Source: Oscillospiraceae bacterium (GTDB taxonomy: Bacteria; Bacillota; Clostridia; Oscillospirales; Oscillospiraceae). From it: a stretch of DNA of 64,000 bases. This document shows positions 44,041 through 52,636 of this stretch, piece after piece. Each line of letters starts with the position of its first letter. The stretch's first letter is position 1. The notes below the pieces were generated by a model. That model was not told the DNA's origin. It searched no databases and saw only the letters and a list, made by a program, of their open reading frames with translations. A program made the translations under genes and the position numbers. Location: positions 20,299-84,298 of the forward strand of contig CACYHB010000004.1 in assembly GCA_902774015.1 (NCBI GenBank). Direction: 5' to 3'.

Positions 44041-45060
44041 TTACAGACCGTACCAGGCCAGCACCAGGCTCACCAGAGCCAGGCCCGAGACCACGGTCCA
44101 GTAGTACTTGAAGATCTGCTCGATCTTGAGGCGGGCGGTGACCGCATGGACGAGGGAGATCGCCACGGCGGTGAGGATCACGCACAGCGCGAAGAGAACG
44201 ATCACATCCAGCAGGATGATGGCCGCCCCGGCCGCGCCGCCGGTGAGTCCCAGCGCGAAGACCAGGTTCTGGATGCCGCCGCCGATGCCGCCCAGGAAGA
44301 GCATGACGAAAAGGCTCGTCATGGTCAGCAGCTTCACGGCGTGGCTCAGCTTGAACACGCCCAGGGGCGCGCCGCTGTACTCGGCCAGCATGCCTTCGCA
44401 GATCTCCGTCTCGGCTTCGGCCGCGTCGAAGGGATGGCTGCCGGTCTCGCCGGGGATGATGAGCAGGAAGGCCACCGCCGCCGGGATCATGCTCAGCTTG
44501 CCCAGTAGGCTGCCGTCCGCCATCTGATAGCGCACGATCTCGCTCAGGGAGAAGCACAGGCCGGAACCCGTGGCCGCGCCCACCTTCTTGCCCACGGCCA
44601 GCAGTACGAGGACCAGAGGCAGTTCGCAGGAGAGCACCGTGACCATCTCACGGCTCAGGCCGACGCCGGCGTAGGGGGAGCCGGTGGCGCCGCCGCCGAT
44701 CATGATGGACATGGCCGGGATCAGCAGCAGATAGAGGATCACGATCACGTCCGCCACATGGGAGAAGGCGGTGAAGCTGAAGACGGGGATGAAGAGCTGC
44801 AGCACCACCAGCGCGGCCAGGCCTACCAGCGGAGCCAGCAGGAAGACCGTGCGGTTGGCGGCGGCGGGGATGATCGTCTCCTTGCCGCAGAGCTTGAAGA
44901 AATCGTAGAAGGGCTGCAGGATCGGAGGGCCGACGCGCTTCTGCATCCGGGCCACCAGCTTGCGGTCAATGCCGCAGAGGAGCAGGCCCGTCAGGAAGCA
45001 GAACAGGAAGCCCGGGAAGATGAGGATGTAGGCCAGGTATTTCAAAGCTTCGAGTATCAT
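44041..45060 (-). CDS. mbhM: NuoH/HycD-type membrane subunit
   Basis: 339 aa: DRKLVARMQKRVGPPILQPFYDFFKL, followed by about 8 TM helices. Confidence 0.85.
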   Translation of the reverse strand: MILEALKYLAYILIFPGFLFCFLTGLLLCGIDRKLVARMQKRVGPPILQPFYDFFKLCGKETIIPAAANRTVFLLAPLVGLAALVVLQLFIPVFSFTAFSHVADVIVILYLLLIPAMSIMIGGGATGSPYAGVGLSREMVTVLSCELPLVLVLLAVGKKVGAATGSGLCFSLSEIVRYQMADGSLLGKLSMIPAAVAFLLIIPGETGSHPFDAAEAETEICEGMLAEYSGAPLGVFKLSHAVKLLTMTSLFVMLFLGGIGGGIQNLVFALGLTGGAAGAAIILLDVIVLFALCVILTAVAISLVHAVTARLKIEQIFKYYWTVVSGLALVSLVLAWYGL

Positions 45061-45072
45061 GTTCCCACCTCC

Positions 45073-46995
45073 TTACAGAACGATCAGGGCGTAGACGATG
45101 GCCAGAGCCAGCGCCACCACCGCCCAGAGGGCGTAATCGTTGACCACGCCGCTGTGCAGCTCGTGCATGAAGCTGAAGTAATGACGCCAGTTGTGCTTGA
45201 AGCCCCAGAACAGATCGTCGCCGCCGACCTGGGAGAAGACGGTTTTCTCGCCGCCGTAGAACAGGTCGTACTTGCCGGTGAGGGTCTCGGGGGTCTTCAC
45301 GCTGACGCGGTCGTACTTGCCGGCGACAGCCACGATGGTGACGGCCAGCAGGGCGATCATCAGCAGGCACAGCCAGGACACCGGGCTCCACACGCCGACG
45401 GAGGCGAAGCTCAGCGCGCCGGGCACAGGCGGGGCCGCCATATGGTTCTGCGCGTAGCCGGCGCCCATCATGTTGTTGATGTAATCGGTCACGCTGAATA
45501 CGGCGCGGGCCGCGGGCTCCGTGAGGAAGCGGGTGACCACGTTGGGCAGAAGACCCGTCACGAGGCACAGCGCCGCGAGGATCCCCATGGCCAGGCGCAT
45601 GCCGAAGGGCACTTCCTTCACGTTTTCATACTCCGCGGGCAGCTGCCCGAAGAAGACGGACTGCGTGACCTTCACGAAAGAGGCCAGCGTCAGCGTGGAG
45701 GTGACCAGGGCGCAGATCGTGACAAGCAGGAATCCGATGTTGCCGGTCTCCACGGCCTTCTGATAGGTGGCCTGATAGATCATCCACTTGGAGGCAAAGC
45801 CGTTGAAGGGCGGGATGCCGCTGATGGAGAAGGCGCCGATCAAAAACAGGACCGTGGTGTGGGGCATTTTCTTGGAAAGGCCGCCCAGCTTGCCGAGATC
45901 GGTGGTGCCGGTCTCATGCAGGACGGCGCCGGCGGCAAGGAACAGCAGGCCCTTGAAGAGCGTGTGGTTCATGGCGTGGTAGATGCCGGCGGAGATGCCG
46001 AAGGCGGTGCAGAGGCCCACGGAGGCCAGCACATAGCCGATCTGGGAGATGGAGTGGAAGGCCAGCAGACGCTTGAAGTCGTGCTGGGCCAGCGCCATCG
46101 TCACGCACACGAACATGGAGACGCTGCCGAGGAATACGAGCCAGAACTGCATGGTGCCGAGCGCCATGGACTGGAACAGGAAGTAGCTCAGACGAATGAG
46201 GCCGTAGATGCCGGACTTGGTGAGCACGCCGGAGATGAGCACCGAGATGGAGGCGGGAGCCGCGCCGTGGGCGTCGGCCGCCAGGGGGTGGAAGGGCACC
46301 AGGAAGGCCTTGGTGCAGAAGCCGATGAACAGCAGGGCGAAGGCCACCTTGGTAGCGGCGCTCAGGTTGCCGGGGATCAGGGCGGACATCTGGGCCAGAT
46401 TCAGGGTATGCACCTGGGCGTAGAGCACAATGGTGCCGGCGAGGATGCAGGTGGAGCCGATGCAGCCGACCACCAGGTACTTGAAGGCCGCTTCCAGAGC
46501 GCCGTTGGCGGTGTTGCGGAAAGCGGTCAGCGCCACGGCGGCAAAGGTCAGGATCTCCACCATGATGAACATGTTGAAGAGGTCGCCCGAGAGGACGAGG
46601 CCCATGACGCCGCCGGCGAGCATGAGGAACAGCGTGTAGTACTGGGGCACGTTGTCGTCATGGCTCATGTACTGGATGGAGTAGATGCAGGCCACGAAGA
46701 CCACGCAGGAGACGAGCAGGCCGAAGAACAGGCTCAGCGCGTCCACCTCCAGGGCGATGCCGATGGCATAGCCGCCGGCGGGCACGCGGTTGCCCAGCCA
46801 GTAGGCGATGGTCTGTCCCTCCAGCATGACGGGCTTGAAGAGCATCGCCATGAAGAAGAAGGACGCGAAGGTGGCAAGCAGGGCCACCGTATGGCGGAAG
46901 GCCTTGCTGTGCCCGAACACGACGATCAGGAAGGCGCCGAGGAAGAGCACCATGATCGAGTAGATCGGGAAATGCTGAAGACTAAGCAGATTCAT
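45073..46995 (-). CDS. mbhH: MrpD/NuoL/N-type antiporter-like subunit, unusually long (640 aa)
   Basis: Polytopic protein. Proton-conducting-transporter motifs (HAMNHTLFKGLLFLAAG, WMIYQA). It has about 130 extra C-terminal residues ending in one further TM helix. Confidence 0.85.
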   Translation of the reverse strand: MNLLSLQHFPIYSIMVLFLGAFLIVVFGHSKAFRHTVALLATFASFFFMAMLFKPVMLEGQTIAYWLGNRVPAGGYAIGIALEVDALSLFFGLLVSCVVFVACIYSIQYMSHDDNVPQYYTLFLMLAGGVMGLVLSGDLFNMFIMVEILTFAAVALTAFRNTANGALEAAFKYLVVGCIGSTCILAGTIVLYAQVHTLNLAQMSALIPGNLSAATKVAFALLFIGFCTKAFLVPFHPLAADAHGAAPASISVLISGVLTKSGIYGLIRLSYFLFQSMALGTMQFWLVFLGSVSMFVCVTMALAQHDFKRLLAFHSISQIGYVLASVGLCTAFGISAGIYHAMNHTLFKGLLFLAAGAVLHETGTTDLGKLGGLSKKMPHTTVLFLIGAFSISGIPPFNGFASKWMIYQATYQKAVETGNIGFLLVTICALVTSTLTLASFVKVTQSVFFGQLPAEYENVKEVPFGMRLAMGILAALCLVTGLLPNVVTRFLTEPAARAVFSVTDYINNMMGAGYAQNHMAAPPVPGALSFASVGVWSPVSWLCLLMIALLAVTIVAVAGKYDRVSVKTPETLTGKYDLFYGGEKTVFSQVGGDDLFWGFKHNWRHYFSFMHELHSGVVNDYALWAVVALALAIVYALIVL

Positions 46996-47342
46996 CCTCT
47001 CAGCCTCCTTATCTCACGGGTGTCGATGGTCTCATACTGTTCCTCGAGCTTGATGACCAGAGCGAGAGACATGGCGGTGACACAGGCGCCGATGACGATG
47101 CTGGTCAGCGTGAGGGCCTGGGGGATGGGGTCGACGAAGAAGCTCGCGGGATTCAGCTCGCCCCAGGTGAAGATGGGGGCGGTGCCGCCGGGATTGAAGC
47201 CGATGGAGATGATCAGCAGATTCACGCCGTAGTCCATGATGGACAGGCCGATGACCGTCTTGACCAGGTTGTACTTTGTAACGATGCAGTACAGGCCCAG
47301 GGCGATCAGGAAGAAGGAGGCGATGTAGTTGAGTAATATCAT
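46992..47342 (-). CDS. mbhG: MrpC/NuoK-like subunit
   Basis: 116 aa: IASFFLIALGLYCIVTKYNLVKTVIGLSIMDYGVNLLII. Confidence 0.8.
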   Translation of the reverse strand: MILLNYIASFFLIALGLYCIVTKYNLVKTVIGLSIMDYGVNLLIISIGFNPGGTAPIFTWGELNPASFFVDPIPQALTLTSIVIGACVTAMSLALVIKLEEQYETIDTREIRRLRG

Positions 47343-47354
47343 GTCGTTCCCTCC

Positions 47355-47816
47355 TCAGTCCGTGGTATCGATGTCCTTGCCGGCGAGCAGACTGATCATC
47401 AGCAGGGAAATGGAACCGATGCCGGTGATGACCTTCACGCCGACGGTGACATTCATCCAGAAGATGGTGCCGGAGCTGTAAAGGTCTCCGACGTTTCCGT
47501 GGGTGTAGAGGATATTCTGGCAGAACTGCGCGCCCACGGCCACACCCATCATGGCCAGCGCAACATAGACGACGGAGGCAAGGCCCTCGCCCTTATGAAG
47601 CGTGTGGTAGCTCAGCGCATCCACGGTGGCCTCGAAGCCGTGGCCCAGGTAGAGCAGAATGACGATGCCCGCCATCAGGACGCCGCCCTGGAAGCCGCCG
47701 CCGGGAGACAGATGCCCGTGGAGGATGATGTAGAACACGTATACCAGAGCGAATGGGAGGATCGCATCGCAGCCGCAGCGCTGGATGACGCGCTTGATCT
47801 CGGGTTTCTTATTCAT
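47355..47816 (-). CDS. mbhF: MrpB (MnhB domain) subunit
   Basis: 153 aa: ILHGHLSPGGGFQGGVLMAGIVILLYLG. Confidence 0.8.
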   Translation of the reverse strand: MNKKPEIKRVIQRCGCDAILPFALVYVFYIILHGHLSPGGGFQGGVLMAGIVILLYLGHGFEATVDALSYHTLHKGEGLASVVYVALAMMGVAVGAQFCQNILYTHGNVGDLYSSGTIFWMNVTVGVKVITGIGSISLLMISLLAGKDIDTTD

Positions 47817-48168
47817 CGCGCTTTTCCTCCTTCTTCTGTTTCTTGGTATAGAGGATGACGACGGAGCCCGCCACGGCGGTGATCAGGATGAAGGCCTCGC
47901 CCATGGTGTCGTAGCCACGGAAGTCGAAGACGATCGAGGTCACGTCGTTCTGGGCATGGGTCTTGTCCAGGTTCTGCTGCACGATGGCGGCCGCCGCGCC
48001 GTCGGCGCTGCTGTCGTCATAGGCGGCGGGGTTCCGCTGCAGCTCGTAGACGGAGACCGCGGCGTTCTGTCCCTCGTAGGTGCGGGGCATGGCGGCCATG
48101 TCGGTGCAGGCGTAAATGCAGGCGAAGAGGATGACGCCGAGGCAGAGATAGGTCAGAAACTTTTTCAT
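47809..48168 (-). CDS. mbhE: small Mrp-module membrane subunit (MbhE-like)
   Basis: 119 aa. VTSIVFDFRGYDTMGEAFILITAV is the motif shared with the MrpA C-terminal / MnhB-related proteins. Confidence 0.7.
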   Translation of the reverse strand: MKKFLTYLCLGVILFACIYACTDMAAMPRTYEGQNAAVSVYELQRNPAAYDDSSADGAAAAIVQQNLDKTHAQNDVTSIVFDFRGYDTMGEAFILITAVAGSVVILYTKKQKKEEKRDE

Positions 48169-48419
48169 TTATCGTCCCCTCCTCTTATCTTTTTCAGGGT
48201 GACGATGAAGATCAGGGGGGTCAGGGCGGCGCCGACGGCAGCCTCGGAGATGGCCACGTCGGGCGCGTGCAGCAGCAGGAACTCCGCCGCGGCGAAGATG
48301 CCCACCACGCCCAGGGCGATGACCGAGCTCAGAAGCTTTTCAAAGTGCACCGCCAGGATCGCGGAGGTAACCAGACCCACGATCACGAAGACGTTGAGAA
48401 TCACGATCAAATTACTCAT
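48165..48419 (-). CDS. mbhD: small Mrp-module membrane subunit (DUF4040/MbhD-like)
   Basis: Start at 48419 (MSNLIVILNVFVIVGLVTSAILAV...), with GGAGGG as ribosome-binding site. ATGA overlap with the next gene. Confidence 0.7.
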   Translation of the reverse strand: MSNLIVILNVFVIVGLVTSAILAVHFEKLLSSVIALGVVGIFAAAEFLLLHAPDVAISEAAVGAALTPLIFIVTLKKIRGGDDK

Positions 48420-48756
48420 CGAAATCCCTCCTGAAGTCGTCGACTTCCATGGGCTTCTCGGGGCGGATCCCGTGCCGGTAGGCGCCCTTGATGATCGCAT
48501 GGGCACCCACGGGGTTGGTGATGAAGATCAGCAGCGCGATGACGCAGACCTTGATGGCGGTGGAGGCGCTGCCCATGACGAAGATGGCATAGAGCAGGGC
48601 GCCCAGCGCGACCCCCAGCATCCCCAGCGTGGAGATGCAGGTGCTGGCCTGCATACGGCTGTAGGTATCGGGCATCTTGAGGACGCCGATGGTGCCGGCG
48701 GCGGCAAAGATGGCGCCGAGGAAGATAAGTACGTCAGCGATGATCCGAATCAGCAT
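48412..48756 (-). CDS. mbhC: MrpG/MnhG-like subunit
   Basis: Start at 48756 (MLIRIIADVLIFLGAIFAAAGTIGVLKMPDTYSRMQA...NPVGAHAI). Confidence 0.8.
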   Translation of the reverse strand: MLIRIIADVLIFLGAIFAAAGTIGVLKMPDTYSRMQASTCISTLGMLGVALGALLYAIFVMGSASTAIKVCVIALLIFITNPVGAHAIIKGAYRHGIRPEKPMEVDDFRRDFDE

Positions 48757-49018
48757 CGTAATGCCACCTCCCTCTGTCAAGATAACGGCCGACCAGCATC
48801 GTGTCGATGATGCCCAGCATGGCGCTGATGATGGCGATGTCCAGGTACACGCCTCTGCCGCTGTAGAGCGAGAAGAGGACCAGGGCGCAGGAGATCAGAA
48901 TGTCGGCGGAGTCGCCGGCGACCTGCCGGTCCGCCGCGGTGGGGCCCTTGGCGAGCCGGTACAGGTTCAGCACCGCGAGAACGGCGAAGAAGATCGCGAA
49001 AATCAGAAAGTCGCTCAT
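48734..49018 (-). CDS. mbhB: MrpF/MnhF-like subunit
   Basis: Start at 49018 (MSDFLIFAIFFAVLAVLNLYRLAKGPTAADRQVAGDSADIL...). Confidence 0.75.
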   Translation of the reverse strand: MSDFLIFAIFFAVLAVLNLYRLAKGPTAADRQVAGDSADILISCALVLFSLYSGRGVYLDIAIISAMLGIIDTMLVGRYLDRGRWHYDADSDHR

Positions 49019-49533
49019 TCCCACACCCCCTTCAGGCCCTTTTCCAGTCTGCCCTTGATGGCCTCGCCGGCCTCTTCGCCGGTGGCCGTCACGTCGATCC
49101 AGTGAATGTAGTAGTAGGTCTGCCCCTCTTCCTCGGCGATGTCCAGCGTCATGGTGCCGGGGGTCAGGGTGATGGAGTTGGCCAGAGCCGCCTGGCCGTA
49201 ATCGGATTTGAGGCCCACGGGGACCTTGACGATGCCGGGGTTGATATTGGTGCAGCCTGTGAAGCATCTCTTCGCCATGTCCACGTTGGCTTTCACCAGC
49301 TCCACCGGGAAGATGAAGAGCCAGTAGCCCAGCAGGCGGAAGAATTTCACGGGGTTGAAGAACCAGCCGGCGTTTTCATGGATGAAGAAGCGCGCCGAAA
49401 AGAGCGCCACTGCCAGGCTCACCACCGCGCCCGCAACCAGTTCCTCGACCTTGAAGCTGAAGTCCAGCAGGATCCAGAACAGGTAGCAGACCACAAAGGT
49501 GGAGAGCACTGCGGGGAATGTTGTTTTTCGCAA
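49015..49533 (-). CDS. mbhA: MrpE/MnhE-like subunit
   Basis: 172 aa. TTG start with AGGAG 10 nt upstream. Contains ANSITLTPGTMTLDI. Confidence 0.8.
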   Translation of the reverse strand: MRKTTFPAVLSTFVVCYLFWILLDFSFKVEELVAGAVVSLAVALFSARFFIHENAGWFFNPVKFFRLLGYWLFIFPVELVKANVDMAKRCFTGCTNINPGIVKVPVGLKSDYGQAALANSITLTPGTMTLDIAEEEGQTYYYIHWIDVTATGEEAGEAIKGRLEKGLKGVWE

Positions 49534-49568
49534 GAAGCAACAACTCCTTCTAAAAAAATTACCTTATC

Positions 49569-49614
49569 GGCTCCCCTGCCAAGGGGAGCTGTCTGCAAAG
49601 CAGACTGAGGGGTC
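49569..49614 (-). repeat. REP-like two-hairpin intergenic element, copy 2 (between hypA and mbhA)
   Basis: ggctcccctgccaaggggagctgtctgcaaagcagactgaggggtc. Hairpin 1 is identical to copy 1. Hairpin 2 is GTCTGC-AAA-GCAGAC. Same orientation as copy 1. Confidence 0.85.
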
Positions 49615-49664
49615 TGTGCGTTTTTTCTGGTGCCCGGCTCCCTTACACGAAGGGGAGGAGAGGC

Positions 49665-50006
49665 TTATTCGACCTTTAGATTCTCGACAAAGAACTCCCG
49701 TCCGGAGATCATGCGGATCGCCTCGCTGCCGCAGGCGGGGCAGGCGGCGGAATGCCTGGGAAGCGGACCTTCAAAGCCGCAGTCACAGCAGCGGAAAGCG
49801 GCGGGGACGGTCTCGACCCTGAGCGCCGCGCCCTCGGCCAGCGTGCCTTTGGAGGCGATGGGGAAAAACTCCCGCAGGCACTCCGGGATCACGCCGGAGA
49901 ACTCGCCGACCTTCAGCGTGATCTCCAGCACCCGGGTAAAGCCGTTCTTTTGGCCCTCCTGCTCCACGATGGCGAGGATGCCCTCGGTCAGTGCGAGCTC
50001 GTGCAT
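49665..50006 (-). CDS. hypA: hydrogenase nickel-insertion protein HypA
   Basis: 113 aa. MHELALTEGI N-terminus (MHE nickel site) and a zinc site CCDCG...CPACGS. Confidence 0.9.
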   Translation of the reverse strand: MHELALTEGILAIVEQEGQKNGFTRVLEITLKVGEFSGVIPECLREFFPIASKGTLAEGAALRVETVPAAFRCCDCGFEGPLPRHSAACPACGSEAIRMISGREFFVENLKVE

Positions 50007-50016
50007 AGCGCGTGCG

Positions 50017-51099
50017 TTATCTGTCGAGGCAGCTGAAGCAGGGGTCGATGCTCGCGATGATGAGGCCTGCGTCGGCGACCGTGTTGTTTCTCAGCATGAA
50101 GGGGACCGTCGGGGTGTTCTTGAAGCTGGGCACGTGCACGGAGATGCGGTGGTTGGTCAGACCGCCGTTGCCCACCACCATATGGCTGAGCTGGCCGCGG
50201 GGCGCCTCATGACGGCAGACCGCCTGGCCCTCCTTGATTTTGGGCAGCTTCGTGCCCAGGTTGATGGGGCCTTCGGGCAGATTCTCCAGCGCCTGCTGAA
50301 TGATCTTGATGCTCTCGTAGCACTCGAGGGCGCGCACGACCACGCGGGCAAAGACGTCGCAGCTGTCCACCACGGGCACGTTGAACTCGAACTCGTCATA
50401 GCAGCTGTAGGGGGCGTCGCGGCGCACGTCGATGTCCACGCCGGAAGCGCGGGCATGGGGGCCGACAGCGCCGAGCCGGATCGCGTCCGCCGTGGGCAGC
50501 AGGCCCACGCCCTTGGTGCGCATGGCGATGGTCTTGTCGGTCAGGGCGATCTCGGTGATGCGGTCCAGGGGGCCCTTGAGCTTTGCGCAGGCGTCCAGGA
50601 TCTCGCGGCGGAGATCGTCGTCAATGTCGCGTCTGGCGCCGCCGATGGTGCACATGGCGTAGTTGACGCGGTTGCCGGTCATCTTCTCCAGAATGTCCAT
50701 CACCAGCTCGCGCTCATCCCAGATGTGCATGAACATGCTGTCATGGCCGATAATGTGGCAGGCGATGCCTAGCCACAGGAAGTGGGAGTGCAGGCGCTCC
50801 AGCTCTGCGGTGATGACGCGGATATACTGGCCGCGCTTCGGCACCTCGGTACCGTTGATGGCCTCCACGCACATGGCGTAGGTGAAGGCGTGGGAATGGG
50901 AGCAGATGCCGCAGACGCGCTCCACCAGCACGAGGGTCTGGATGGCGTTGCACTCGGTGGCGAGCTTCTCGATGCCGCGGTGGTTGTAGCCGACGAAAAC
51001 CTCCGCGTCCTTGATCAGCTCGCCCTCGGTATAGAGCTTGGCATGCACCGGCTCCTCCAGGGCGGGATGGTAGGGCCCAATGGGTACGATATAACTCAT
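50017..51099 (-). CDS. mbhL: group 4 [NiFe] hydrogenase large subunit (NuoD/EchE/MbhL type)
   Basis: 360 aa. N-terminal Ni-Fe ligands RVCGICSHSH. C-terminal ligands DPCFSCLDR, immediately followed by the stop codon. Confidence 0.92.
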   Translation of the reverse strand: MSYIVPIGPYHPALEEPVHAKLYTEGELIKDAEVFVGYNHRGIEKLATECNAIQTLVLVERVCGICSHSHAFTYAMCVEAINGTEVPKRGQYIRVITAELERLHSHFLWLGIACHIIGHDSMFMHIWDERELVMDILEKMTGNRVNYAMCTIGGARRDIDDDLRREILDACAKLKGPLDRITEIALTDKTIAMRTKGVGLLPTADAIRLGAVGPHARASGVDIDVRRDAPYSCYDEFEFNVPVVDSCDVFARVVVRALECYESIKIIQQALENLPEGPINLGTKLPKIKEGQAVCRHEAPRGQLSHMVVGNGGLTNHRISVHVPSFKNTPTVPFMLRNNTVADAGLIIASIDPCFSCLDR

Positions 51100-51494
51100 T
51101 GCACGGCCTCCTTCTTGTTTTTCTCCACCAGCTCATTAAGCGGGGTGACCATGATCTGGCCGCGGCCCTGGGTTTCCAGCAGATCCTCCGGCAGGAAGAG
51201 ACGCTGGGTGGTGTCCAGACCCTCGAACTCGAGGCCGAAGAGCTCGTTGAGCTCCCGCTCGGGCCAGGTGGCCGCCGCGTCGTAGATCGCGCCGATGGAG
51301 GGCAGGCAGGTCTCGCCGACCACATGGTAGGACTCCACGCCGGGGTCCACCGCGTAATCCCAGGAGACGTCCGGAAGCCCCTCTTTGTTGATGAAGGCGT
51401 GGATCATCACCAGGTAGACGTTCTGCTTGCGCATGCGCTCGGCGATCGGTACGATCTCATCTTTGCTGATGTCGATGCGTTTGTACTCTTGCAA
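51096..51494 (-). CDS. mbhK: NuoC-like hydrogenase subunit
   Basis: 132 aa. TTG start with GAGGTGA 7 nt upstream. Contains AATWPERELNELFGLEFEG. Confidence 0.8.
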   Translation of the reverse strand: MQEYKRIDISKDEIVPIAERMRKQNVYLVMIHAFINKEGLPDVSWDYAVDPGVESYHVVGETCLPSIGAIYDAAATWPERELNELFGLEFEGLDTTQRLFLPEDLLETQGRGQIMVTPLNELVEKNKKEAVQ

Positions 51495-51633
51495 AATACA
51501 TCACCTCTCGTTGATTTGACAGACGCAGCGCGTCTGCCGCATACTCCTGTTTTCTCTCTTTTCTCTTTCTGGGGATTCGTATGGTTAGATGCGATTTATG
51601 GGAAAATGTTTGCTGACAAATTATGGCGCGGCC

Positions 51634-52623
51634 TCAGCAGATGCGCGGAAGCTGCGCGCCCGCGAGCTTCTGCAGCACCCGTCTGCCGCCGAGGGCGGTC
51701 TTCATGAGCACCCTGCCGGGCGCCGCCGCGGTCACAGCGCCGATCTGCGCTGCGTTCTCCCCCTCCGGGAGCCTGCGCATGGCGGCGAGGACCGTCTCCG
51801 CGTCCTCCTGCGCCACGACGGCCAGGAGCTTCCCTTCATTGGCGCAGTACAGCGGCTCCAGCCCCAGCATGGCGCAGGCGGCCTTCACCGCCGGGCGCAC
51901 GGGGATCGCGCCCTCTGTGAGCTCGATGCCGAGCTGCGTGGCCTCCACGAACTCATTGAGCGTGGTGGCGACGCCGCCGCGGGTGGGGTCCCGCAGCACG
52001 CGCACCTGCGCGCCGGATTCCAGGATCGCGGCGCAGAGCCGATTGAGCGGTGCGCAGTCGCTTTTCAGCTCCGTCTGCATCATGCCGCTGCGCGCGAGCA
52101 TGATCGCCGTTCCGTGGTCGCCCACGGTGCCGGAGCAGAGTACCGCGTCCCCCTCCCGGATGTTCCGGGGAGAAAGGCCGGGGTATTTGAGCCGGCCGAT
52201 GCCGGCGGTGTTGATATAGAGCTTGTCGCCCCGGCCGCGCTCCACCACCTTGGTGTCGCCGGTGACGATCTGTACCCCCGCCTTTTCGCAGGCGGCCTTC
52301 AGGGAGGCGATGACGCGCTCCAGCTCCGCCATGGGAAGGCCCTCTTCAATGATGAAAGCGCAGCTCAGATACGCCGGCTCCGCGCCGCAGACGGCCAGGT
52401 CGTTCACCGTGCCGCACACGGCCAGCTTGCCGATGTCCCCGCCGGGGAAGAAGATCGGGTCCACCACGAAACTGTCCGTGGAGAAGACCAGATCGCCCAG
52501 GATCGCCCCGTCGTTCAGGGCGTCCAGCGCGGGATTGGAGAGCGCCGGAACAATGCTTTTTTCTATGAGCTGGGCGGTCTTTTTCCCGCCGCTGCCGTAA
52601 TCAAGGGTTATGATGTCGTCCAT
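51634..52623 (-). CDS. hypE: hydrogenase maturation protein HypE
   Basis: Start at 52623 (MDDIITLDYGSGG...). Ends with the HypE C-terminal PRIC motif. Confidence 0.92.
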   Translation of the reverse strand: MDDIITLDYGSGGKKTAQLIEKSIVPALSNPALDALNDGAILGDLVFSTDSFVVDPIFFPGGDIGKLAVCGTVNDLAVCGAEPAYLSCAFIIEEGLPMAELERVIASLKAACEKAGVQIVTGDTKVVERGRGDKLYINTAGIGRLKYPGLSPRNIREGDAVLCSGTVGDHGTAIMLARSGMMQTELKSDCAPLNRLCAAILESGAQVRVLRDPTRGGVATTLNEFVEATQLGIELTEGAIPVRPAVKAACAMLGLEPLYCANEGKLLAVVAQEDAETVLAAMRRLPEGENAAQIGAVTAAAPGRVLMKTALGGRRVLQKLAGAQLPRIC

Positions 52624-52636
52624 GAAAAAATCCTTT

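Noticed and set aside
44758-47232. 824-aa forward-strand ORF
   Set aside because: It is antisense to the MbhM, MbhH and MbhG membrane-subunit genes. It is Gly/Asp/Glu/His-rich with no family resemblance.
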